Shown here: positions 30,376 to 39,747 of the stretch, piece after piece
Layout: each line of letters starts with the position of its first letter
How positions within the stretch are numbered: the first letter of the stretch is position 1
Origin: an uncultured Prevotella sp.
GTDB taxonomy: Bacteria; Bacteroidota; Bacteroidia; Bacteroidales; Bacteroidaceae
Direction: 5' to 3'
DNA: 64,000 bases
Assembly: GCA_946614435.1 (NCBI GenBank)
Contig: CAMOGW010000005.1
Location: 23,147 to 87,146 of the forward strand
Translations under genes and position numbers: made by a program
The notes under the pieces: model-generated
Databases searched by the model: none
What the model was told of the DNA's origin: nothing
What the model saw: only the letters and a program-made list of their open reading frames with translations

Positions 30376-32001
30376 TTATTCCCACTCGATGGTTGCAGGC
30401 GGCTTTGAGGAGATGTCGTAGCAGACGCGGTTCACGCCACGCACTTTGTTGATGATCTCGTTAGACACTTTGGCCATGAAGTCGTAGGGCAGGTGAGCCC
30501 AGTCGGCTGTCATGGCATCGCTGCTGGTCACTGCACGCAGGGCCACCGGATTCTCGTAAGTGCGCTCGTCGCCCATCACGCCCACTGAGCGGACGGTGCT
30601 GAGCAGGATGGCTCCGGCCTGCCACACCTGGTCGTAGAGTGATACTTCGATCTCGCCGTCCTGCATCTCAGCCGGCACGCCGGCAGCCAGCACCTTGCGG
30701 GCCTCTTCGCCAGAGAGCTTCACCTTGTATTCGCGCAGTCCACGGATGTAGATGTCGTCGGCCTCTTGCAGCACACGAACCTTTTCGGGAGTGATGTCGC
30801 CGAGAATGCGCACAGCCAGTCCGGGGCCGGGGAAGGGGTGACGGGTGATGAGGTGCTCGGGCATGCCCAGTTGTCGGCCCACACGGCGCACCTCGTCCTT
30901 GAACAGCCACTTCAGCGGTTCGCACAGCTGCAGGTTCATCTCCTTCGGTAGTCCGCCCACGTTGTGATGGCTCTTGATGACCTTGCCCGTGATGTTCAGG
31001 CTCTCAATGCGGTCGGGATAGATGGTGCCCTGTGCCAGCCAGCGGGCATCGGTAATCTTCTTGGCTTCGGCATTGAACACCTCCACGAAGTCGCGGCCAA
31101 TGATTTTGCGCTTCTGCTCAGGGTCGGAGATGCCTTTGAGGTCGGCAAAGAACTTCTCCGATGCATCTACACCAATCACGTTCAGTCCTAATACCTTATA
31201 GTCGTCCATCACCTGTTGGAACTCGTTCTTGCGCAACATGCCGTGATCTACGAAGATGCAGGTGAGACGGTCGCTGATGGCCCTGTTCAGCAGCACGGCT
31301 GCCACGCTGGAGTCAACGCCTCCCGAGAGACCGAGAATGACGCGGTCCTGTCCTATCTGCTGCTTCAGCTCGGCTACGGTCGTATCAACGAATGAGGCTG
31401 CGCTCCACTCCTGTCGCGAGCCGCAGATGTCAACCACGAAGTTCTTGAGCAGCTGGGTGCCCTGCACGGTGTGGAACACCTCGGGGTGGAACTGAACAGC
31501 CCAGATGCCTTTTGAGAATTGAGAGTTGAGAGCGTAGAACGCTGCGTTCTTTACGTCTTTCGTACTGCCAATCACGCTGAAGCCCTCAGGGATGGCGGTG
31601 ATGGTGTCGCCATGACTCATCCACACCTGCGAACCCTGGTCGAAGCCCTTGAAGAGCGGGTTCTCTGTGTCAACCGTTTTGAGATGAGCGCGACCGTATT
31701 CGCGCGAGTCGGCTTTCTCGACCCTACCGCCCAGCGTGTGGCTGATGAACTGTGCTCCGTAGCAGATGCCCAGCACGGGCAACCGGCCAATGAAGTCGTT
31801 GAGATCCACCTTGAAAGCTTCCGGGTCATGCACGGAGTAGGGTGAGCCGCTCAGTATGACTCCAATCACCGTCGGGTCATCTTTTGGAAACTTGTTGTAG
31901 GGAAGAATCTCGCAGAAGGTGTCCAGTTCGCGCACCCTTCGTCCGATAAGCTGGGTGGTCTGCGAACCGAAGTCAAGAATGATAATCTTCTGTTGCATCA
32001 C
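30376..32001 (-). CDS. guaA: GMP synthase (glutamine-hydrolysing)
   Basis: [42 protein letters not shown]. Confidence 0.98.
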   Translation of the reverse strand: MMQQKIIILDFGSQTTQLIGRRVRELDTFCEILPYNKFPKDDPTVIGVILSGSPYSVHDPEAFKVDLNDFIGRLPVLGICYGAQFISHTLGGRVEKADSREYGRAHLKTVDTENPLFKGFDQGSQVWMSHGDTITAIPEGFSVIGSTKDVKNAAFYALNSQFSKGIWAVQFHPEVFHTVQGTQLLKNFVVDICGSRQEWSAASFVDTTVAELKQQIGQDRVILGLSGGVDSSVAAVLLNRAISDRLTCIFVDHGMLRKNEFQQVMDDYKVLGLNVIGVDASEKFFADLKGISDPEQKRKIIGRDFVEVFNAEAKKITDARWLAQGTIYPDRIESLNITGKVIKSHHNVGGLPKEMNLQLCEPLKWLFKDEVRRVGRQLGMPEHLITRHPFPGPGLAVRILGDITPEKVRVLQEADDIYIRGLREYKVKLSGEEARKVLAAGVPAEMQDGEIEVSLYDQVWQAGAILLSTVRSVGVMGDERTYENPVALRAVTSSDAMTADWAHLPYDFMAKVSNEIINKVRGVNRVCYDISSKPPATIEWE

Positions 32002-32058
32002 TTCTTTTTTATGGATTATGTAAATAAATAATTGTCAGTCTCTTCTCATAACTCGGTG

Positions 32059-32180
32059 CAAAGTTACGAAAAAACGAGAGCAATGCAAAAGAAAAGCCTA
32101 ATTTTCTTTTGCATTGCCGAGTGTCAGGAGTTTCCTTGAGCAAAGCGAAAAACTTCGGCAAAGCCAAAGTTACGGAAAAA
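32059..32180. repeat. ~105-bp hairpin unit, copy 1, bounded by CAAAGTTACG(G/A)AAAA cores; overlaps the guaA -7 promoter
   Basis: Perfect 16-bp internal stem 32080-32117; 42 bp (32125-32166) identical to 38900-38941. Confidence 0.8.
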
Positions 32181-32417
32181 GCTTGTAAAAGCGAAGCGAT
32201 TTTAGAAGATTAACGCATTTCGACCTAAAATAAAGGCAATCAAGGGAAAAACGAGGAACTTCAAATTGAAGGAGAAAGCAAATTAGGGAGGAATGCTGAA
32301 GGAGTTAGGTTGCCAAATCGTAACCCGTTCTTATTCCGCAAACTGCTACATTTTGCATAGCGATGGATGCCAAAAGAAATAGTAGTTTTGCAGCCAAAAT
32401 TAAAAAGAGTAAGAAAC

Positions 32418-32646
32418 ATGAGAAGTACTTTTAACATTCTGTTCTATGTGAACATTTAGAGCCCCTTGGTAAGGGGCGGCTATAATGCAGGGTTATCATG
32501 GGCAGGGTTCTTGCTTAAGGCAAGCGGCAAAGCCAAGTCCGATTAACGGCACGCAGAGCCAGTTCTTCGACAAGCGAAGCGGCAGAGCCGAGCGCAGTTG
32601 TAAGAAGACGATTCCGCTTGACATGTGGGATGTAAAGGGCAATTGT
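32418..32646 (+). pseudogene. N-terminal remnant of a Bacteroidetes tyrosine integrase (arm-binding domain)
   Basis: Fragments MRSTFNILFYVN*, IMGRV, INGTQSQF, SCKKTIPLDMWDVKGNC, broken by a stop, a frameshift and short inserts; no catalytic domain follows. Confidence 0.75.
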
Positions 32647-32853
32647 TCCACAGAAAAGTGTGCATTAGAATACACCCTTCTATGGAACCTGTTTGTGGCA
32701 TTGGGAACAAAAATCTATACGGATTATTCCCATATCAAGAGAAAAGACCACACTTTTTCTTAATTTATGTTCACGAATCATCCTATTCTCGACTTTTTTG
32801 ATTATATTTGCGCACAGAACGCTCAATGTTGAGCAAGAATAACTAAAAGCAAT

Positions 32854-33060
32854 ATGGAGATACAACGCTATAACAGATTAAAGATAGTATTAGCTGAGAA
32901 AGAAAGAACTGGTACGTGGCTCTCAGAGCAGATGGGCCACAGCATCAGTACCGTTTCACGATGGATGACCAACAAGGTGCAGCCCTCAGTGGAACAACTC
33001 TACGAGATTGCACGCCATCTCGACGTAGATGTGAAGGAATTGTTGGTGTCGTCAAAGTAA
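32854..33060 (+). CDS. XRE-family HTH transcriptional regulator
   Basis: NRLKIVLAEK...WL...STVSRW.TN..QPS.E.L..IA..L.VD; -7 motif TATATTTG at 32803. Confidence 0.9.
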   Translation: MEIQRYNRLKIVLAEKERTGTWLSEQMGHSISTVSRWMTNKVQPSVEQLYEIARHLDVDVKELLVSSK

Positions 33061-33176
33061 AGTGAATAATAAAATCAAAATGAACACCACGCTAAACTCA
33101 ATCAGATTTTCAACTGGCAAATGTAAGTGTTGGGAATTATTGTAAGATTCTTTAGAAATCAATTTTCTGCAAATAC

Positions 33177-34127
33177 ATGTCACATACATTATATATAATC
33201 GGTAATGGTTTTGATCTGCATCATGGAATAAAATCCAGTTATTGTGATTTCTATGATTATATGGTTAGTAAATGGCCGAACGGAAATCATTTGTCATCCA
33301 TATTGGAGTCCTTTTTCCCTGCTTTTGACGAAAAAGGGAAATCTCTTTTATGGTGTCAATTTGAAGAAATATTAGGAGCCATTGATGAGGATTATGTATT
33401 TGATCAATGCAAATTAGGTGTTGACCTTGAAAAATATGATAATCTTTCCCGATATGCATATGATATTGAAGATTGTCCAAGTGGTTATTTAGCGTCTGTG
33501 CTTTCTGATATGGATAAATGCTTTCATTCTTGGATTGATTCGTTGGATATTTCGTCTCCCAAAGGTTATCATCCGTGTTTGAATAAGGACGCAAAAGATG
33601 CGTTGTTTTTTACATTCAATTATACGGAAACATTAGAAGGTGTCTACGGAATAAATTCTAATAATATTTGTCATATTCATGGTAAAAGACATGAAACAAA
33701 TTACATTTATGGACATGGAAATGAAGCGGGATTAGAGATAGAATGTGATGATATTGTGGAAGAAAATGCATACAAACTGATTAATGATTATTATTTGAAT
33801 TTGCACAAAAATGTTTCTAATATAATTAGTGACAATGAGTACTTTTTTAAAATAATTAAAGCATATAAAATAGACAAAATCATTGTTAGTGGTTGTTCTT
33901 TGAACGATATTGACCTACCTTATTTTATAAGGATATATTCATGTGTTAAACCTTCTGCAAAATGGTATTTTTCTGTATTTACTCCAAAAGACTACGTTAT
34001 GATAAAGCAAATAGTAAATCGTCTTGGGATTAATCGCTCACTTTGCCATACTTTCAATTCCAAGACAACAAACATTTTAACAGATAAAAATTTCACTTAT
34101 GAGCTCTATATTGAAAATTTTGGTTGA
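33177..34127 (+). CDS. AbiH-family abortive-infection protein
   Basis: LYIIGNGFDLHHG.KSSY.DF, W..FE..LG, FTFNYT.TLE..Y, HIHG, G.SL..ID.PYF. Confidence 0.85.
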   Translation: MSHTLYIIGNGFDLHHGIKSSYCDFYDYMVSKWPNGNHLSSILESFFPAFDEKGKSLLWCQFEEILGAIDEDYVFDQCKLGVDLEKYDNLSRYAYDIEDCPSGYLASVLSDMDKCFHSWIDSLDISSPKGYHPCLNKDAKDALFFTFNYTETLEGVYGINSNNICHIHGKRHETNYIYGHGNEAGLEIECDDIVEENAYKLINDYYLNLHKNVSNIISDNEYFFKIIKAYKIDKIIVSGCSLNDIDLPYFIRIYSCVKPSAKWYFSVFTPKDYVMIKQIVNRLGINRSLCHTFNSKTTNILTDKNFTYELYIENFG

Positions 34128-36930
34128 TACGCCATGCGAAGTCTATTGTGACTATGAATTAAAAGGTGATGCTGTTCCACAATCCATTTTCAAAATTGAA
34201 TTGAGGAAAGGAACTTATATTCTAGAGTTTAAACAAAATGGAAATGTGTTATATTCACAAGAGTATATCATGCAATCTAATGATGAAGAAGATCTTTTGA
34301 GAATAGATTTGGCAGAATATTCTCAAAGAATAGACAGAGAGCAGAAATATAAAATAATTGAAAGTTCTGATGTTGCCTTCATGCAATATGGCGAGAACAA
34401 ATGGATAGAAAACAAGGAAACTGGTCAGGAAATACCTATTGACTATAAAGTGTCTAGTGACTTACATGGGTTTGATAAATGTGGCCTTCTAAATGTAAAT
34501 ATAGGAGGTAAGGAACGTTATGAGTGGGCGTGTGGTCCAGGTTATGATACTTTCTTAATAATAGATGGAGGAAAATGGGGTTGCATCAATAAATTGGGGG
34601 AGATTCAAATACCGATAATTTATGATTCACTCGTCTTTTTTAATTGTCCAGATGTTACAGCGGCTGTTTTAGATTCAAAAGTTATTTTTATAAATAAATG
34701 GAATGAGATTGTTTTTGAGAACACATACGATGAAACTGAAATCGAAACAGCTTTTGTTGACAAACTGTGTATTGTGTCAACAGATGGAAAAAAAGGAATT
34801 ATAAACGAAAAGGGGCTTGTTGTACTTCCATTACAATATGCAGATATTGTTCGTTTCAAATCTGTATTTGCCATAGAAAAAGATGAAAAGTGGGGATTAA
34901 TCAATACTCAATGTTTGGCAATTACACCTGTAATGTATGATTCTTTGCATTATGAATTTTCTGATTGTGATGGTACGGAATCTTTCTTTATTGTTGAAAC
35001 CAACAATAAGATGGGAGTCATAAACAATTATGGAAAAACAATTGTCCCTATTTACTATGAAGAAGTTACACACAAATGGAAGTCTGTGTATTTTGTAAAA
35101 AGTAAGGGGCTGTATGGCTTTTACAATGAAAGTGAATTAAAAACAGATATTATTTATGATTCAATATCACAAATAAATTACAAAGGTAAAATTCTTGTTT
35201 CTCAATATAATATGAAGGGTGTCCTTGACGAATGTGGAAATGTTATTATTCCGATAGAATATGATAATATAGAAAGTGACGACGATATATATATAGTTGA
35301 GAAGAATGGGGAAAAAGGTGTATTTTGTAACAATAAGCAGATTATTTCTACTGTATATGATACTATAGTTTTTGATTATTGGACTTTACATGGTTTTATC
35401 TTGACAAAATGCGACAAAAAAGGTTTTTCAAATTTAGAGGGTTTAATAACTATTCCAGTTGAATACGATGATATAATTGCTGTGGACTCTTTTAAAAATT
35501 CAACTTTTATTATTGCTTGCAACAAAAAGTTTGGATTATATGACAATAACGGTAAGGAGATACTTCCAATAGAATATGATTTTATTAAAAACCTGGGATG
35601 GAAAACGTCTCGAATACTTGTAAATAAAAATGGATGGTGGCAAATATATAATCTAAATAATAGAGTATTGTTACCCGCCTTATTCAGTGAGTATTTAGAA
35701 GGATGGAGATACCAAATTATTGTCAAATGGGGAGGATGGGGCATGTATGATTATATTAAAGAAGAATATCTTATCAGTCCTATTTATGATGCTATTTGTA
35801 AATCATCGAACGGCTCCTGTTATGTTGTAATGAAAGGTGGAAAGAAGGGATTGTATAATGATGAGGGAAAAAAGTTATATGATGTTGTTTATGACGATAT
35901 TAAAGTACACGATGAAGTTATTGTGACAATTTTAAACGGCTACATTGCTTTATATGATTATGATGGCAATATCCTATTGGATACACAATATCAAATAATT
36001 CCTGAAATTGCCAAAGAGACAGAATGGCGGGAAGGCATTCTTGTACGCCAAAAAAGAGAATACTTTACGTATCCAATAATCGTTAAACGCGATGGAAAAT
36101 GGGGTGTTGTTAACAATGACTTACGGGAAATAGGCTTTATACAAGATATTTCTTTGATTAAAGAATACATCCCTTGTGAGTATGACAAAATAGCTTATAG
36201 TAATAAGGAAATCCTTACTGACTCTAATTTTGATAAGCATGACATTATACGATATTTTGTTAAGGAAGATGCAAATGGTGACCTCCATTTTTACGAATAT
36301 CAAATTAAAAATGATATTGCGAGTATTGTAAATGAGTGGATAGAGCCAAATAATAAAACATATTATCTTTTCTTTGATACTGAAACGACTGGAACTCCAC
36401 TTAATTACAAAGCACCAAGTTCTGACACAAGAAATTGGCCCCGTCTTGTACAATTAGGATGGATTTTAATGACTGAGGACGGCGAAAAGGTATCAAAAGG
36501 AAACTATATAATCAAGCCTGATGGTTTCACAATTCCTGATGAGGCGGCAAAAATTCATAAGATAACAACGAAAATGGCCTTAGAATTAGGATACAATTTA
36601 TCATATGTTATTGACAAATTCTTGCAAGACTTCAATAAGACCAAATATATTGTAGGCCATAACATAGACTTCGACAAGAAGATCGTTGGGGCAGAACTAA
36701 TTAGGCTGTCAAGACCTGACATTATGGATTCTAAGCAAGCATTTTGCACGATGAAATCAAGTACAGACTTTTGTAAGATACCAGGATACTACGGATATAA
36801 ATATCCAAAGTTACAAGAATTGTATCACAAATTATTTGGCAACGATTTTGAAGAAGCACATAATGCAGCAAGCGATATTGAGGCTACGCAGCAATGCTTC
36901 TGGGAACTGAGAAGAAGGAAATTAATATAA
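34099..36930 (+). CDS. WG-repeat protein fused to a C-terminal DEDDh 3'-5' exonuclease
   Basis: Many K.G.I...G...IP..YD repeats; FFDTETTG, HNIDFD and HNAASD exonuclease motifs from ~36360. Confidence 0.85.
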   Translation: MSSILKILVDTPCEVYCDYELKGDAVPQSIFKIELRKGTYILEFKQNGNVLYSQEYIMQSNDEEDLLRIDLAEYSQRIDREQKYKIIESSDVAFMQYGENKWIENKETGQEIPIDYKVSSDLHGFDKCGLLNVNIGGKERYEWACGPGYDTFLIIDGGKWGCINKLGEIQIPIIYDSLVFFNCPDVTAAVLDSKVIFINKWNEIVFENTYDETEIETAFVDKLCIVSTDGKKGIINEKGLVVLPLQYADIVRFKSVFAIEKDEKWGLINTQCLAITPVMYDSLHYEFSDCDGTESFFIVETNNKMGVINNYGKTIVPIYYEEVTHKWKSVYFVKSKGLYGFYNESELKTDIIYDSISQINYKGKILVSQYNMKGVLDECGNVIIPIEYDNIESDDDIYIVEKNGEKGVFCNNKQIISTVYDTIVFDYWTLHGFILTKCDKKGFSNLEGLITIPVEYDDIIAVDSFKNSTFIIACNKKFGLYDNNGKEILPIEYDFIKNLGWKTSRILVNKNGWWQIYNLNNRVLLPALFSEYLEGWRYQIIVKWGGWGMYDYIKEEYLISPIYDAICKSSNGSCYVVMKGGKKGLYNDEGKKLYDVVYDDIKVHDEVIVTILNGYIALYDYDGNILLDTQYQIIPEIAKETEWREGILVRQKREYFTYPIIVKRDGKWGVVNNDLREIGFIQDISLIKEYIPCEYDKIAYSNKEILTDSNFDKHDIIRYFVKEDANGDLHFYEYQIKNDIASIVNEWIEPNNKTYYLFFDTETTGTPLNYKAPSSDTRNWPRLVQLGWILMTEDGEKVSKGNYIIKPDGFTIPDEAAKIHKITTKMALELGYNLSYVIDKFLQDFNKTKYIVGHNIDFDKKIVGAELIRLSRPDIMDSKQAFCTMKSSTDFCKIPGYYGYKYPKLQELYHKLFGNDFEEAHNAASDIEATQQCFWELRRRKLI

Positions 36931-36946
36931 AAGCTGATACATTCAA

Positions 36947-37279
36947 ATGCTCATAACAAAGAATATGAACAAACAAGAAAACATTTCTGTAAATCCAATA
37001 GATGAATGGTTCCGACTGCTGTCCAAAAGAGGAAAGCTGATCGTACTTGCTATACATAACGAAGGGTATACAGAAGATTTACGGAATGTCAAGAATGTAG
37101 AATTAGTCTTGATGTCGGGCATACCGCCCAAACGGCGATACGAAGAAAACGGAGTTCCATGCGCAGACTATCCATCATTTGACGAAATAAAGGTCTCTGA
37201 CCTCATTACCATTTGGAATTCCTTTTCCATTCAAGAAAGAAAGATGTTGTTCTCCGCTCGTTGTAAGGGATTCTGCTAA
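36947..37279 (+). CDS. Hypothetical protein
   Basis: 110-aa co-oriented ORF 16 bp after the exonuclease fusion; no motif recognised. Confidence 0.5.
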   Translation: MLITKNMNKQENISVNPIDEWFRLLSKRGKLIVLAIHNEGYTEDLRNVKNVELVLMSGIPPKRRYEENGVPCADYPSFDEIKVSDLITIWNSFSIQERKMLFSARCKGFC

Positions 37280-37364
37280 TAATAAGACTATAAGAAGTAT
37301 CACGAAGAGGCTTCCATTGATTATCTTGTAATAAATGATTAACTTTGCAAACGATATTGAAGAT

Positions 37365-38489
37365 ATGGAACAGAAACAAATAACAGCAACGTATGCTGAG
37401 GCAGTAAAGGCGATCAAGGAAGCGATATTGGAAAGTCGCTATCGTGCAGCACGGTTAGTAAACAAGGAAGTGTTGGCTCTTTACTATGCTATTGGCGGGT
37501 ATATTTCCGCCCAAAGCAGAGCTGCAAGATGGGGCAGCAATGCTATTGGCACTATATCAGAATTGCTGCAACAGGAGCTGCCTGGACTAAGGGGCTTCTC
37601 TGAGACCAGCATCAAACGTATGCGTATCTTCTACGAGGCATGGTGCAGCATGTTCGAGAATCGTCCATTGTCAGCGGACGATTTACAAAACAGCATCATT
37701 CCTGTAGGCGACAAAGGACATATCGAAATTCGTCCATTGACAACGGACGAATTATCTCCAGAGACATTAGATGCCTTTCTTGCCGTTGGTTTTACGAACC
37801 ATTATGAGATACTGGCCCAAAAGAAGGATGTAGAGCAACGATTGTTCTATATCGTGAATTGTGCCACTGGATTTTGGAATGGCGACAAGTTGAAATATTA
37901 TATGAAGGACGATTTGTTTGGAAAGCGTGGCAACATGCCCAATAACTTTGCAAAAACCATTGCAAATGTGGATTTGCGCAGTAAGGCATTACGCTCGTTC
38001 AAGGACGAATATCTGCTTGATTTTGTGAACATCGAGGATCCCGACGAGACGGATGAGCGTGTAATAGAGCAGCAGATTGTTCACAATATCAAGAACTTCA
38101 TCATGGCATTGGGTAGTGATTTCTCGTTTATGGGTAATCAGTATCGTCTTGTTGTATCCGAAAAAGAGTATTTCATAGATTTGCTGTTCTTCAATCGCCG
38201 TCTTCAGGCACTAATCGCGATCGAATTGAAACGGGGTGAGTTCAAGCCAGAGTATGCAGGGAAGTTGAATTTCTATCTGTCAGCACTTGACGAGTATGTG
38301 AAACTACCTCATGAGAATCCTTCCATCGGAATTATTCTCTGCAAGGACAGAGATTCAAAAACGGTGGAGTTCGCATTCCGAGACATCAACAAGCCAATGG
38401 GTGTAGCAACCTATCGCACGTCTTCAGAGTTACCCAAGGAATACCAAGGTATACTTCCTGAACCAGAGGAGTTGAGAAAACTCATGTGA
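37365..38489 (+). CDS. YhcG/DUF1016 PD-(D/E)XK nuclease-domain protein
   Basis: VN.E....YY.IG, WG, GFS....MR.FY, KDEY.LDF, FIDLLFF, IELK, G.LNFYL, PSIGIILC; -7 promoter at 37340. Confidence 0.92.
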   Translation: MEQKQITATYAEAVKAIKEAILESRYRAARLVNKEVLALYYAIGGYISAQSRAARWGSNAIGTISELLQQELPGLRGFSETSIKRMRIFYEAWCSMFENRPLSADDLQNSIIPVGDKGHIEIRPLTTDELSPETLDAFLAVGFTNHYEILAQKKDVEQRLFYIVNCATGFWNGDKLKYYMKDDLFGKRGNMPNNFAKTIANVDLRSKALRSFKDEYLLDFVNIEDPDETDERVIEQQIVHNIKNFIMALGSDFSFMGNQYRLVVSEKEYFIDLLFFNRRLQALIAIELKRGEFKPEYAGKLNFYLSALDEYVKLPHENPSIGIILCKDRDSKTVEFAFRDINKPMGVATYRTSSELPKEYQGILPEPEELRKLM

Positions 38490-38524
38490 GCGTACCCAAT
38501 GTGTGCGATTTCAGAAAGAATGAT

Positions 38525-38640
38525 TACCTTTGAGACGATGTCTCGAAGTTCTTGGACAAGCCAAGCGAACGAGTTCGAGTTCTCGCGTTCGAAAATACTC
38601 AAATAAATTAGGTGTTTTGCTCACTTATTCGTACCTTTGC
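38525..38640. repeat. ~105-bp hairpin unit, diverged copy in inverted orientation
   Basis: TACCTTTG at both ends, 107 bp apart; AACTTC-hairpin-AAAG end structure shared with the other copies. Confidence 0.55.
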
Positions 38641-38834
38641 ACCCGATGATGAGTCATAAAACGGCTGATGGCTCATTATCGGGTGTTCATTGAATGCATT
38701 TCATAGCAGAATGCGAAGCCACACTTCTACCTTTAGGTGGAAGAATGTGGATTGAGTACGGTTGCCAATTCGTAACCCCATTTTCTTTCAATTCCCCAGA
38801 CTGCCTTTATATAAAGAAATCCTGCGATTTCTTC

Positions 38835-38955
38835 CAAAGTTACGGAAAAAGGAGTGAAATGCAAAAGGAAAGCTTGGTTTTCTTTTCGTTTCCGAGTGGC
38901 AGGAGTTTCCTTGAGCAAAGCGAAAAACTTCGGCAAAGCCAGAGTTACGAAAAAA
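38835..38955. repeat. ~105-bp hairpin unit, copy 2 (direct repeat of 32059-32180)
   Basis: Same cores and the 42-bp identical block. Confidence 0.8.
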
Positions 38956-38982
38956 TGACTTAGACTAGATATGCTTTCTGCA

Positions 38983-39708
38983 CTATTCCTTGAGGAATTG
39001 TTCGGCCTCGCCTATGGTATCGAGCTTGCCTACGTCCATAAGGCGAAGGTCGGATTTTTCTAATCCCATGAAAGCACACTGATTGCAGTACTTCAGATAG
39101 AAGTCGATGATGCCAAAGCGATCGGGCATCTCGCGGAACAAAGGAAACACATGAGGCCACAGCACATGAATGCCGCTGAAGGCCAGTCGCTTCATGCCAG
39201 ACGGGTCGAGACTGGGATAGGGACTTCTCACTTCGCCAGTCTCAATGTTGGTCCATCCGTCGAGAATCATCTCGTCGTCGAACAGCAGATAGCGCTTCGT
39301 GTTTCGCTGGCTCACGAGGAGCAGCGCATCGGGATGTCTTTCGGGAAAGAGCGTGTCGAGACTGACGTTGCTCAGTATGTCAACATTGTGTATCAGTATG
39401 GGACTGTCGGGATCGAAGAGTGGCAAGGCTTTCTTGATGCCGCCACCTGTCTCAAGCAGCATCTCGGTCTCGTCGCTGATGCGAATGTCTAAATCAAAGT
39501 TTCGGTGGGCCTGCAAGTAGTTTACGATTTGGCTGGCAAAGTGGTGAACATTGATGACGATACGTTCGAAGCCGGCGGCCTTCAGCTTCATGATGACGTG
39601 CCACAGCAGCGGTTGTCCGGCCACGGGCACCAGCGCTTTCGGCATGGTGTCGGTGAGTGGTTTTAGTCTGGTGCCCAACCCTGCGGCAAAGATCATTGCT
39701 TGTTTCAT
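38983..39708 (-). CDS. Sugar-phosphate nucleotidyltransferase (MurU-like)
   Basis: AMIFAAGLGTRLKPLTD..PKALV, LETGGG, DVGK. Confidence 0.88.
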   Translation of the reverse strand: MKQAMIFAAGLGTRLKPLTDTMPKALVPVAGQPLLWHVIMKLKAAGFERIVINVHHFASQIVNYLQAHRNFDLDIRISDETEMLLETGGGIKKALPLFDPDSPILIHNVDILSNVSLDTLFPERHPDALLLVSQRNTKRYLLFDDEMILDGWTNIETGEVRSPYPSLDPSGMKRLAFSGIHVLWPHVFPLFREMPDRFGIIDFYLKYCNQCAFMGLEKSDLRLMDVGKLDTIGEAEQFLKE

Positions 39709-39747
39709 GAAAGGAAAATGACTATTCTTAGAATAAAAAAACGGAAA

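Larger units (their letters stand above)
32164..38851. mobile_element. Degenerate integrative island (tyrosine-integrase type) carrying defence-like cargo
   Basis: Identical 18-bp direct repeat CCAAAGTTACGGAAAAAG at 32164-32181 and 38834-38851; integrase remnant at the left end; AT-rich cargo. Confidence 0.75.

Noticed and set aside
32002-32060. Purine riboswitch upstream of guaA
   Set aside because: Short AT-rich leader without the aptamer consensus
32485-32763. 92-aa ORF as a real gene
   Set aside because: Chimera of integrase-remnant codons and mini-inserts; treated as part of the pseudogene
38694-38963. ORFs 38694-38963 (+) and 38733-38936 (-)
   Set aside because: They span the att end and the non-coding 105-bp unit; no coding signal
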